DNA from: Antedon mediterranea
Lineage: Eukaryota; Animalia; Echinodermata
Direction of reading: 5' to 3'
Assembly: GCF_964355755.1 (NCBI RefSeq)
Contig: NC_092680.1
Coordinates: 4,464,001 to 4,528,000, forward strand
DNA: 64,000 nucleotides
In this document: positions 13,550-26,068 of the stretch, in pieces
Layout of the letters: each line of letters begins with the position of its first letter
How positions within the stretch are numbered: position 1 is the first letter of the stretch
Translations under genes and position numbers: made by a program
Notes under the pieces: generated by a model
Told to the model about the DNA's origin: nothing
Database searches by the model: none
What the model saw: only the letters and a program-made list of their open reading frames with translations

Positions 13550-15316
13550 GTAAGGTTTTAACAAAACATTCTTACTGTAAAAAACATTCAATATTAATTT
13601 ATACTTGCTATTTATGCATCCTAGATAATAATAAAACAACCTAGAATAGTTTAATGATTTATATAATATGAAAAGTAGAAATATTGGCTTCGCTAGCGAA
13701 TCGTAAACAACAAGAGGTTAGAAAGTACGAAATGACTTTCTAGCGCGACACACTCAGTTTGGTGAACACAGAAACACTTTTGATCAAAATATTAGGCCTA
13801 GCCTAGGCATAAGATAAGAGATGAACTGTATGCCAGCTTAGTACTCAAGTTAGCCTAGTAAAACCACCTAGCATACCTTGGTCTAGGCCTAGCCCAAAAA
13901 AAAGATTTTTAAATGTGTTTAAAAAAGTTTAATTTAATTTTCCATTCTGTTTTCAGATCTTGATTGGTAATTAATACTGTAATGTATACCAATAGTTTTG
14001 ACAGTGGTGGTGATGCTGTTGCTACTTTCTCTTCTCAAACAACTCCAATAATGGTGATACGGTGCTTAATATAACTTTACAAAAATGACTTTGATTCTGA
14101 TGATACATGACACATGTATTCTATTATGCAACGTAACCCTGAATAAAACCGTGAAATAATTGTATCGAAAAATATGTATGTATTTAAAACTTAAAGACCC
14201 GGCACAAAAGATGATAATACTGTTGTAACACGCAGCCTGAAATGACCAAAATGTTATAATTTAAAGTGTACCAATTGTAAATAAATTTAAACACATCAAA
14301 CACAATCAACTGTCTGTGTATCATTAATTTTGGTTCATTTCTATATGTTGTATTTTATTGTCACTTTATTAATAGTACTTATTTATAGTTATTACAAGCC
14401 TCACACATAACATAAGTTTAGTAAAAAAAAGTTTACTAACGTATGTAGTTATTTGAAGTCTCATTTGACAATGTTAATGTTACTGGATTTCTTTGAAAAT
14501 TTCAATGATTATAGAAAAATGTATTAGTTACATTTGTGCTAAATTTCAAAGTCATAGGTATACTAGAAGTTAGCGTTGTCAAGGTGAACATGAGTCGCTG
14601 TCTGCCAGCACATTTAAACTTCCTGTTTGAACTATTGTTGATCTTTGAATGCATTTTTCACTGCTAAATAAAAATGAATTCTTACTTGTATTTCTTTACT
14701 TATTGTATCATAACTCTAAAAATACTTGACCAAATTGAATAATTTTTTCAGTATTTTAAAGCAAATTATGTGCTCTGTACAAATATCTTTAAAACTCAAA
14801 ATGTCACATTTACGACAAATGCCTGGTTTTGATTTGGCTGTACACATATTGTTACCTACTGTAGGAACTAAACTTACTAGAAAGCTTTCGTTTGATCAAG
14901 TGTCATTGCAGCTAACTCACAAGTAACTTTCATATTTTCAAGAAAACAAGATGGAAGGTGAGGTTGTTTTGTCTTTTGTGTGTTTCTTTTCCAAGTATTA
15001 CGTTGAAACCAAATACTAGTTTTATCCAAGGTTTTATAAGAACAGTTAATACATACAAATCCAAAAGGTTACAGTGAGGTTTTTTTTTATTATACAGGTA
15101 CCGAAGTATATAATTAATTAATTGACCAAATAGAAATATGTTCCGTTTTGGAATCATGCCAAGAAAGTTTATAAAACATTAATTCAATTCAATTAAATCT
15201 AATCGTTTATGTCGCATACATCCACTTTGATTAAACCAAAGGTAGCAAATGTCCAATGTTTTACAATTATTGTATTGTAATTATTACATTTTTGTGGAAA
15301 ATTCAAGATGTCATAA

Positions 15317-15455
15317 AGCTCTGTCTACACTATCAAACTTTATGTAACAAAATAATGTGGCCATATATGTACATGGGTCATATTTGGTCATATCACTACC
15401 ATTGGGCACATCACACCTTTTTATGTAAAACTAGTTTGATAGTGTAGACAAAGCT
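15317..15455. mobile_element. MITE family A, copy 2
   Basis: AGCTCTGTCTACACTATCAAACT ... AGTTTGATAGTGTAGACAAAGCT, flanked by TAA and TTA. Confidence 0.88.
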
Positions 15456-16468
15456 TTAGAGTTGACGGTCGTGTGCATGTATTTACATTTATAGCGTATT
15501 TCCCTCTTAAAATAAAACATAGTTTCACTTGAAGATCTTAATTCTTTGTTATAAAGATTACATCCATTTTCTTGATACAATGTTCATAATGTTGTTTTAT
15601 AACGTTGATGCCGTAAGTTTCAAGTATTTTATTTTGTGTGTACTTCGTCAGTTACTTTATACTTAGCATGAGACTGTTTCGTTTTTTTTTTTTTTTCATT
15701 TAAAAATGTTAAAAATAATTGTTAATAAGTAGCCTAACTCCTTCCTAATTTAATTATAAAGATGAATGACAGTATCAAATTGGGTTAAATATAATGAAAG
15801 TATTAAATTGGGTTAGGTATATTATATTCTGTATCACGTTATAATATTTTAGGCTAAATATTTAGAGCCTAATATACGAATGTCTTAGAAAGTAAAAGTA
15901 TTCCCGTGGATCCAAAGTATCAAAGGGATAGGTTAGGAAATTGATACTTGACTTTAGAGTTTATTAAGAATGTTGTAGGATTAAATTTTCATTAAATGTA
16001 TTTCTTAATTTCAAAATATATACTGTACTAATAATACTAAATGTTGTATCTGATATCTGTAGAGCTGTTGTTTTATATTATATTGTTAATTTCGTTGAAA
16101 TAAGTTCTGTGTGATTAACGGTCCAAATTAATACAAATAAGCTAAGGAGTTGGAGTAATTAGTCATTAGTAGATGTATTATTTGATAAATAGAAAAACCG
16201 AATTATTTACTTAAGGGTTTGTCGTAAGTAACAAATAAAAGTATAAAATGTCATCCTAGATTGTAATCCTGCCATATCCGACGCACAATTATGTTGTGAC
16301 TATGAGACTAAGGCATGACATATCCCCCGCAATATCACTACAAGGATATTAATAATGTAAATATTTATAACCTGTTAATGTTGTCTATTGTTCCACTTCA
16401 GTACACGCAAGAGTACCTTTATCATTACTTGGTAATTTCAAGACGTAATCGTTGCTTTTTAAAACTTA

Positions 16469-16601
16469 AGCTACACTATCTAACTAGTTTGACAATAAAA
16501 GTTTGATGTGCCCAAATATGGTTGTGTATGACATCATCATGTCCATATATGGGCACATCACATTGTTTTGTCACATAAAGTTTAATAGTGTAGACTGAAC
16601 T
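16469..16601. mobile_element. MITE family A, copy 3
   Basis: Degenerate TIRs (CTACACTATC / TAGTGTAGACTGAACT) and the shared core ATGTCCATATATGGGCACATCAC. Confidence 0.8.
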
Positions 16602-18563
16602 TTATGAGTATTTGTTCATAGGAAAACATGTGCTATTTCATTGTCAGAAATGATCTTGTGAATAGGCCTATATATCACAATACCATTATTGTTATAACTA
16701 TAAAATAGTATCAATATTTGGATTACTGGATACGAATATATTTCAACAAGTAAAACTGTTTTAAAGAAGACACTTTACCATGTGATTCATATTTCCTGAC
16801 AGTGACCTCATCAACTTTGCGGCTCGATTACACTCATTGATTAAAATAAACTAGGGTCAGAATATTAATTATGTATACCGTAAACAAAATAATTAGGATT
16901 AGACCATCCAAATATTCTCGTGAAGCAAACATTCTGCCGTACTAAAATTCAATAAAAAAAAATTAAATTAAATAAACTCATTATAGCCTAAATAAACTCA
17001 ATAGCCTAAATAAATTACAATGCATTGTTCCCATTATTACACCTTTGATACTATAATAATAATACTAATAATGATATTTATAATTGTTTTGATATTTCTA
17101 CCATTTACTTTAATGTAAATTTAACTTCACCTTTGCGTTGCGTGCCTCAATAATTAGTTGACGTTATTTCCTATTTTTAAACCAACTGGGAGGAAGTTGT
17201 GTATGCAGTTTGGAATGAATGGAAAGATATGAATATGCTTAATATTTTGATTTTAGTTATCATACAGATACTTACGAATAGGTTACAAAATACAATTGAA
17301 AATGATTATTCGGCATTCACTGTCAAAGAATCCGTAATCAGTATTTCTTCCAAATCAGAGTGTCCGCAACAATTAAGATTTGTAACTTTGCTATTCATTT
17401 TTTGCAAACTCACATAGCTTCTCCACCTCAGTCTTCGCGTGTATGATCATTGTATTTGTATCATAGGGTTATTCAAATTTATAAGATTAACAGTAGTAGC
17501 CCCTGTTTTGTTGAAATATTAGCATTGTTTCTTTTATTTACTGTTTCCTTCAGTTCAACCTGTCGGAAAAAGCTACTTACCGTGCTTACACTTTTGACGA
17601 AAGACCTCAGCAGAATGTTTAACTTCACTTTGACCCTCAATATTTTGTTGTAAAAAACAGAACAACTGACCTATATAAGCTCTTATCAAAGTAAAGCATA
17701 AATATCATAAAGCTATAATCAACCTGATAAAAAAAAGGCTTTGAACTTAACTGTTGAAATGTGTTATCGTAGAAAAATGCATTGAAAGTTTAGAAAAATT
17801 GCAAGCGAATTAATTCCCTGGCCTGGGTTTCATAATTTCAAGCATCAAACGATATCTTCAACAAGGCACGTGTAACCCTTCAGGTGTTTTAAAAGCCTAG
17901 CTATCTATTATTCAATTGAGATTGGTATTTCAATTCAGTGTCGACCGTCTTGTTAGTAAGATAGTGGGGATTTACCCTTGGGGCCACGTGATCTTGTCCA
18001 TTGCCAGTGACAACAACAACGGAATTGAAATGTAAAGAAGATACGATGCTTTTTTTGTCGGGGCATCTAGAGTTGAAGGTGATTCATGCCTTTTGTCTCA
18101 AGTTATTACTTGTATAACATGGTCTATATTAATTAACAAGAGTCATTTAGATTATTTAATATGAAGACAATTAGAGCAGGAAAGAGTGAAATGATTTCAC
18201 TTTTCCCTGGTTGAGGTTCAAGTATTTTTATGATGAAAATACTTTTCAAATAAATGTAATTCAAAACATACTGTACGATGTCATTGTACTATGATACTCT
18301 ACGCAACCAAGCGACTGGTGCACTGGTTTAAAAATAATGAATGTTAGGACATAATATTACTCATGCGAGCCTAACCTCATGCTAATTTACATTGACAGGA
18401 ATGATGTCACTGTTCGCTGTCACGCCCTAATGTTGTATATGTGGACGTAAGAAACAATGACAGAAATATTGTTTTATTAATTTAACTATTATCATTTCAG
18501 TAAACGACACTAGTTTTCCTGGTCAGCCGAGCAAGTTATGTTAAAACATGTTTCTCTTCTTTT

Positions 18564-18685
18564 TAGTCGCGTTTGCACGCGACTCTACAGCTCACTATGT
18601 CGGTCGAATGGTTAGTTGGTCGGTCGGTAAAAACTAACTCAAATTTGCGCACGCGGCTGCAGCCATGTGTACATGGCTAATTGTT
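18564..18685 (+). mobile_element. Short Helentron-associated (HINE/DINE-1-like) element
   Basis: 5' TAGTCGCG..CGCGACTC hairpin, (GGTC/GGTT)n microsatellite, 3' stem AGCCATGT..ACATGGCT, T-rich flanks. Near-identical layout at 39508. Confidence 0.7.
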
Positions 18686-19120
18686 CAGAAAGATTTCCTA
18701 TTATGTATTTATTATATTTATATCTTTAAAAGTAAATAAAAGAGGCAAGCACACGCTAATATGTGTTTGGCGTAAACTATGTCCGTGGTAGTTTATAGGT
18801 TATAGATTTTATAGGGTATATATAATCAGACGGATATATTTATTACAAACTATTGCTATATCAAAGAAGATGTGGTTTACCTACCAGAGGTGTGGCTACT
18901 TAAACGTCATTGTAATGTTTAATCGAATTTCTTGTTTCATTATTACTGTCTCCACTTGAAACAGACTTTATGTTTTGACCAATCAGAGTTGACCTATAAT
19001 AAGTATATAATATGTATTGTTTAAATTAATTATAGAACATAGAAACGAGTAGACACGGGTATCGAAACATACACGTTTTCTATTTCCGTACATCTAAATA
19101 ATGTATAATGTTTTTTGGTG

Positions 19121-19580
19121 CAAATCAAACTCGGCTGCTCGTATCATTACGTTCACTAACCGTCGCTCTCACATTTCACCTGTTCTTCGAGAACTTCACT
19201 GGCTCCCCATTGACAATCGAATCAAATTTAAAATCTTGCTCCTTACTTTTAAAGCACTTCTTTTCAACCAACCTGCTTACATCCGTCAATTAATCACCTT
19301 TTATGTTCCTGGACGGACTCTTAGATCATCCGATGATTTGTTACTCTCTGTTCCACGCATAGCCACTAAAACCTTTGGTCATAGGTCGTTTTTTTTTGTA
19401 GCACCCACACTCTGGAATTCACTCCCCCCACAAATTAAACACTGCTCTTCTGTTGCCTTATTTAAAAAATTGCTCAAATTTTCGACCACTAACATGCCCA
19501 GCGCCTTTGATTTTGTACCTCGGTCTTTGAATTGACGCTTTATAAATATTGATATAATAATAATAATAATAATATAATAA
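19121..19580 (+). mobile_element. 5'-truncated L2-clade LINE, 3' end
   Basis: NSAARIIT..RSHISPVLRELHWLPI..RI.FKILLLTFKAL..P.Y...RTLRS...FG.RSF...AP.LWNSLP...FKKLLK is the classic L2 ORF2 C-terminus, followed by a (TAA)n tail. Confidence 0.92.
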
Positions 19581-19621
19581 GTATAGGTTTAATAGTAGCT
19601 TTGAAATCATACTAATGTCTT

Positions 19622-19807
19622 ACTATCTACACTATCAAACTAGTTTGACAAAAAAAGTGTGATGTATGGTAGTGATATGCCCAAAGATGGTAGTGACATG
19701 ACATTACATTTTTTTGTCATATAAAGTTTGATAGTGAATGTTGTGAGTGTCACCAATCCAAAGGTAAATGGGTCAACAAATAAATAATAAAGAGTGTAGA
19801 CAGAGCT
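19622..19807. mobile_element. MITE family A, copy 4, with an insertion of about 60 bp in the right TIR
   Basis: TCTACACTATCAAACTAGTTTGAC... and right TIR TTTGATAGTG[insert]TAGACAGAGCT|TTA. Confidence 0.8.
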
Positions 19808-20941
19808 TTATAAATAAGTTTCATCAAAATTAATCATAAATAATTATCGTGTATTGTTGCACAAATATGATATCTGAAGTCATCATCAATCATTTAACAA
19901 TTGTACGATTTTTAAGCAAAATTAAGTGTTTTAAAGGCGTTTATTAATAATTTATTTATTTTATCAGATTCGATGTGAATACACAAACGAAAGTGTCATG
20001 TTGTCGGTTAACCTAGTATCTCTCCGGAAGTAGAACTAATCGAGAGATTAATTAGTATTAGAATTTAAACTTCGATAAGTATTAAACTATCGATCGTATG
20101 TGATAGTTCTAAAAATTATATAGGAAAACGTTGATTGTAATCATTAAAAATATACTTTTATTTTATTAAAAATCACAACATTGGAAAACCTCTCTTAGAT
20201 ATAGAAAGCAATTGTATTTAAACATGTTTTGAACTAATTTAAACACTTTTTTGATAATCCATACCCACTTTGTTGTAAAACATCTAGAAACTATCAACAT
20301 CTTTTAAGGTGTAGATGACTATTATATAAACAACCTGCGGTAAATTAGTTACTGTCTATAGCTTATGTACCCTAAAGTTTACTTCAATTACTACTTCAAT
20401 TATATATAACCCCTGACATCTAAGGTCACGATTGATAGAGCATCTTATTTATTTCTTTACTTGTATGTCTGTTCATTACAATAAAAAGGTACCTGGATCT
20501 TGTTTAAAAATTCCTTTATTATTTTCTCCTTTCCATTTTCCTACTTTTTTCATCCTTTTTTTACAAGTTGCTTAAAAACAAAAATAAAACAGGTAACATG
20601 GCAAAATCAATCATAATGGATATCATTTATTCGTCACTGTTATTGTAGACTATATAATTGATTATGTTGCCTCTGTTAGTAGTTGTCTTGTTCACCTGTT
20701 ATCACTAACCATTCAATTACTGCAATTGTCACGTGGTTGGCAGTAACGGGTACCATTTTCAATTGCATTTCTTTCTTTTTTTGTATAATTATTTTGTATA
20801 GCCTATTTTAGTATATCTTTACACTTATTATAATTAATATAAACAGTATTGAAGATTTAAAACATAAACAAAAGTCATTAATATGTTAGTAGCGTATAAC
20901 TTTCTATTCTCACAAATTGTATTTCTTTTTAAATATTTCAG

Positions 20942-21352
20942 GGCATATGCATCCAACACAAGGTAATAATAATCCTAATGCTGGCCTTCCACCGTACGGA
21001 CCACAGATTCCAGTTCGACCTCCACCAAGAGTAACAAATCCTCCTCCACCAAGAGTAACAAATCCTCCTCCTCCAAGGGCTCCAGTTCCTCCAAAGCCAG
21101 CACCAAAACCAAAGCCTACTGTGAAACCGGTACCTCCAAGACGTCCTACCGTTGCGCCGCCAAACCGACCTGCAGTCCCACGCCCAGGCCGCCCTACAGT
21201 AAGACCACGATTTACAAATGTTTACCTAGCGACTGATCGGGGACTGGTTCCTGGTGGGTTTTACCCGACAGAAGATACATTTAAAGATAATGATATCCAA
21301 TCTACACAACTAACAACAGTGTTTCTAAAGGAAAATGTTCCATCATTCACAC
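20942..21352 (+). CDS. Gene B exon 5: Pro/Arg-rich extracellular stalk
   Basis: Acceptor ATTTCAG|, donor ACAC|GTAAGT, phase 1-1. Open Pro-rich frame with a duplicated RVTNPPPP. Confidence 0.85.
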
Positions 21353-22509
21353 GTAAGTACTTTAAAAAATGCATAATTATATAAGTGATAAGTTAATATT
21401 GATCAATTAACAGTTATAATATAACTAAACAGTTCCTAATATAACTGTGTTTTGTTGTTGTTGACTGTGCCTCTCTGGGTTCGTTGTTTACTGTGCCTCT
21501 CTGGGTTCGTAACATTGTGTGCCATTACCAGTGACTCAACCTTCGTAGCTTTAAAATAATACAAGATTTCAATTTCCTCAACATGTGCCGGTAGGAAAAG
21601 CTAAAGTCTATGATTATAGTACTGTGCACTGCAACTATGATTCATGATTCGTCAAAAATAAAATAATAATAATATTCTGTAAACACAACTGTTGCTTATT
21701 AATATTATCAAATCTTATGCACAAAATTACTAAAAAAAATAAATACAAAATTGTGAGAGTACGATCTATCTGACTTCATTTCTATCTATTACATTTCGTG
21801 TGTACAATTCTCCATTCTGTTCGTAAACCTCAATAAAACGTTCAATGTTCAGACTTTCTTTTTCTACTACCTGTTGTGTTTTGTCTGTAAGGGGATGTTG
21901 TGTCACCTGGTCTTCCGCCGACTGTACATAAATACACCTTGCTCTCAAGTTGATTTTGTATCATGTAATCCACAATCCTCCAATCAAATGACAGAAATAT
22001 ATATAGTTGTTATAATAACTACTCTATATATTATTATACTCTATAAAGTAAAGTATACAATGAATAATCTATATTTATGGCGTAAACTTGAGATAAAGTA
22101 TCGATGCCCAGAATATATACAGCATCTACTGTTGGAATCTAGTAAATAAGGAAATATCCTAATCTATACAGAGCAACATGCCATCAAATTGGGCTTTTCA
22201 AAAAGGATACATATCATTCTAAGAAGAATATTAATTATAACGTAGGAACATAACACTAAACCGTTGTAGTGCATTGCTTTTGCTTTAAAGAATAACCTAC
22301 GCATAGTTAATTTACACATTCTACGCATGTACACATTATAGGTTCTGCCCGTTTCCTCTGCGTATCATCATTGCAAAGATTACAATACATGATAAACTGA
22401 GTCTACACACAGTTTATGAAAGTACATACATTATGCAAAAATAAGCCAATTTTCCTTAGTTTCACTATGAGTTAACTTACATTGGTTTTTTTTGGGGTTT
22501 TTTTTTCAG

Positions 22510-22612
22510 AGAGTTTGCCTTTAGTCGCTGTAGCAGTAGGGTTAGGCTTATTTCTTGTATTTCTCGTTGTTATGGTTGCCTGGGTGATTAGATGCATAGG
22601 CAGGGTTAACAC
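22510..22612 (+). CDS. Gene B exon 6: transmembrane helix
   Basis: Acceptor TTTTTCAG|, donor AC|GTAAGT, phase 1-2. LPLVAVAVGLGLFLVFLVVMVAWVI followed by RCIGR. Confidence 0.9.
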
Positions 22613-23030
22613 GTAAGTACCGTAGTAATGTTAATTGTATTGTAATGATGAATGGTCAGTTCCGATGACGACGATGACGACAACGTTGATGATTGTTATT
22701 ATATAAATAAATATAAATTATAAATATATATTGTTTATTTTATGTCTTTAGGCACAATGTTAATAATAGTAAATTAATCACTGTCCTATCAGATAGGTGG
22801 TCATCTCCCTGAACGATGATGATTGTAAAAAAACAATCTGGTTTTGCCCCTAATAATATACTGGTATTGACAATGGTGCATGGCAGTATATGAATTCGGT
22901 CGGTGAACGTGTTCACACTTTGTTTGTAATACATAACAGCACGCATGTGGATAAAATACATTATTCTTCTTTAAATGGTGACGGAATCATTAAAATACGA
23001 TGTTAAAAAACAAAACTGTGTATTTTACAG

Positions 23031-23691
23031 ACCTGAGTATCTTCAAAAGAAGGCAATGTTACTAAACCAATCAGATAGTATGCGTCTAGCCAATAGCAAA
23101 GAAACGAGTAAGGAAACTAAACGCGATTCTATGACGTCAAACAGATCGAAACGCAGTGGTGGAAGTTCAGTAGGCATATCCCCTGCAACACCAGACGATT
23201 GCACACCAATACCAACACCTACTCCTTCCTCACCTTCACCATCGACCACCAGTGAATATTCGGCTTTTCCAGGATTTACACCTACTCCCAGTGAAATGCA
23301 ATACCAGTGGGTTCCTATGCATAGGTATGAAGACATACTGGAAAAGGACATACAGGAAACCGATAAACGAGGGTTGCGGGCCAAAGAAAACGGAGACGAT
23401 GTGTACCAAAACGCACCGTTGAACAACAGAACAAAAAGAAATTCGAACCCATTACGGACAATTGCGGAGGAGTTAGAAGCCCAGTTCCGTAAACAGGGCG
23501 TTACGTTATTCAAGAAACAAAATGAGAACCTAAAAAATCACGAATACGTGAATAAGAACGCCGCCAGCAACCAAAACACGTACGTCTGTCGGAGTGAAAC
23601 GGACTGGGTTGAAAACTCAATATATGAAACGGGATCAGTTGCGAACAACACGAAAAACTATGAAATATTTTACCGCATGCCAACTCTCTGA
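23031..23691 (+). CDS. Gene B exon 7: cytoplasmic tail rich in Ser/Thr-Pro and Tyr motifs, with stop
   Basis: Acceptor TTTTACAG|, phase 2 fits exon 6; ORF-track frame 22975..23691. The 7 exons total 1752 nt (583 aa plus stop). AATAAA at 24073. Confidence 0.88.
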
Positions 23692-24100
23692 ATGCGACTT
23701 TATTATGACTGGTTTTGTATCAGTAGTGCACCATTGGTGACAATGTTCGAACGCTGTGCGTAAAAACAGTGTCGAAGTTGACCATCGGCGGTTCCACTCT
23801 ATCACACCACCACCAATACCGAGTGCAGCGCATGGGTGTGTGTGGATGGGTGCACATTAGTTTCGCCTATTGAGCATGCCAGCAATTATTCTAATTAATA
23901 ATTACGTAACGCAATAATGTTGTATTACCATTGTATAGAGATGATTTTAACTTTACTTATTAACAGTGTCCATTTTGATTGAAATGGTTATCGATTAACC
24001 TATTAATGTATATTATTGACATTGAAAATGAATGTATTTAATGACGAAGTTGACAATTATTGTCTATGGTGTAATAAAGTAAGGCACCTCAATATTCTTA

Positions 24101-24250
24101 AGCTCTATCTGCACTATCAAGAAAAAGTGTGATAAGCCCAAATATGGTAGTGATATACCCAAATATGGTAGTGGTATGGATATCATCATGTCCATATAAT
24201 GGGCGCAACAATTTTTGTTACACATAAAGTTTGATAGTGTAGACAGAGCT
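24101..24250. mobile_element. MITE family A, copy 5
   Basis: TTA|AGCTCTATCTGCACTATCAA ... TTGATAGTGTAGACAGAGCT|TTA. Confidence 0.88.
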
Positions 24251-25486
24251 TTAGTGTGGTAGCCATATCACATAAACAAATACTGATGTTTGTATCTTCT
24301 GTTTATACTCACATCATCGTTTACGCCACGTGCTAAAGTATTTTGATTGGCCTGGGCGAATTAGTTAGGCCTACGTCTTAGTAAGAAACATGGAATCTTC
24401 TCCCTCTGAAAATGACGGTGACGTAACTTTTTTTACGTCACGTTATGACATATCATCTTCTTATAATATGAATCGCAACACTTGCATTTTATATTTTTTT
24501 TTAAAGTTCGCTTGAAACCGTTAACCTGTAGAATGTATTAATTTCTTTACAAAAGATTTAACAATGGGAAATTCCCTAATAGTCATATTGTATTGGCGAT
24601 ACAGCTAACGCATTGTGGTCGTTGTATATTGTGTCTACATACAGTATAGTTAGGCTTGTATTGATCAATCATGATAAATACAGTTCCGTAATCTGTTGCA
24701 ATATCGCACATGTGAAAACATACGATTATCAAAAAATTATGGAAATCAGATATCAATGAATTCACCTTTGTTTAATAGCCTCCAATGAGCAGTGTTATAA
24801 CGTAAGGCGCAAAGCCCCAGGTTATCACTTCTTATGTGTGCTCCAACCCTAGGTAGTTGCATTGGGCTACTTATACATACTCTTGGTCCTTTAAGCTCTG
24901 AGATCCTTGTGTCCAGCCAGTGATATACAGTAAATCTACTGACGGCAATGTAATGACATAAAGCCAGGATGACGATCTATTATCGTGTTTTTATCCATCA
25001 CTATACTAGTAGTCATTTTAACAACAATTATTTCGTATATACCTTTATACTAACATGATGATTGCAGGTTGAAATCAATTTATCCACCGATTTATTTTAT
25101 GTTTTGGATTTACGGAAATCAAGATGTATTATATATACAGGGCCTAAATTTCCCGTCACTCGTCATTCATTAAAAATAGGAACCAGGTACCACACAACAA
25201 AAGCAATTGTTGTAACTTACAATAACTTTATTCACAGACTGTATATTCAACCGGGAAATAAAAACACTGTTTAATATTCAGGATAAAAGGTAGCATCGAA
25301 TATGTTGAATAACTTCCTTTTCATTTATTATCTAACGTTGTGATAGACAGAGTCGTCCGACATACCAGTCTTGTACTACCATTTAATTGATATATGAACG
25401 TGAGCTACAATGGAAGGTGAGATATTGCTTCTAATTTGTATATTTAATTGATAAAGTGTGCTATTGTTCGTTTAAAGTGTAACTAA

Positions 25487-25673
25487 AGGCCAATTTACAC
25501 AGACGACCGGTAACAGTGATATAAATATAGAATCTATATGTTATTCATTATAGCCATTTGCAAACCACGCGGAGCGGACGAGAGGTTCCCGCTCAGGATA
25601 GATACAGATTCTACGTGGGACAAGCTATGCGGTTTTCCGCTTACCGTTACCGCTCATCTGTGTAAATTGGCCT
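25487..25673. mobile_element. MITE family C (PIF/Harbinger-like)
   Basis: TAA|AGGCCAATTTACACAGA ... TCTGTGTAAATTGGCCT|TAA: perfect 17-bp TIR and TAA TSD. Confidence 0.9.
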
Positions 25674-26019
25674 TAATATGTCATACCTAAACTAAGTAAA
25701 ATGTTTCTGTTGTAATTCGGTTAGGCCTAGGTCCATGGCCTAAACAGTCTCAATATAATACAATTCTTTAACAGTTTTTTTTATCAGCTATTCGTCTCAA
25801 TGTGGCCTAAATCAAGTGATGTTAGCCTCATTACGTTTTATATCATATACTGTATTTCATTTTGACTATAAAGAGGAGCCAATGAGGAGAACGAAAACTA
25901 AACGTACTAATTTTCGCAATAGAACAACAGTTGATTTTTTAAATAGTTCACATTTTGCAAAAGTGATCTCAAGTAAAGCTAAGGATGGGTTCACACGCCT
26001 GAACACATCGGCCATAATA

Positions 26020-26068
26020 ATGGGAATAATGTTTCCTCCTCGTCGACAGCGAAACCCTACCTTTTCTG
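26020..26068 (+). CDS. Candidate first coding exon of gene C (MGIMFPPRRQRNPTFS-G)
   Basis: Phase-1 donor TCTG|GTAGGC joins in frame to the acceptor at 28158. No better ATG-bearing exon was found; tentative. Confidence 0.35.

Noticed and set aside
14096-14125. Hammerhead-like CTGATGA followed by hairpin TACATG-ACA-CATGTA
   Set aside because: No GAAA box after the stem and no stems I or III.
23043-23513. Minus-strand 156-aa ORF
   Set aside because: Antisense shadow of gene B's terminal exon.
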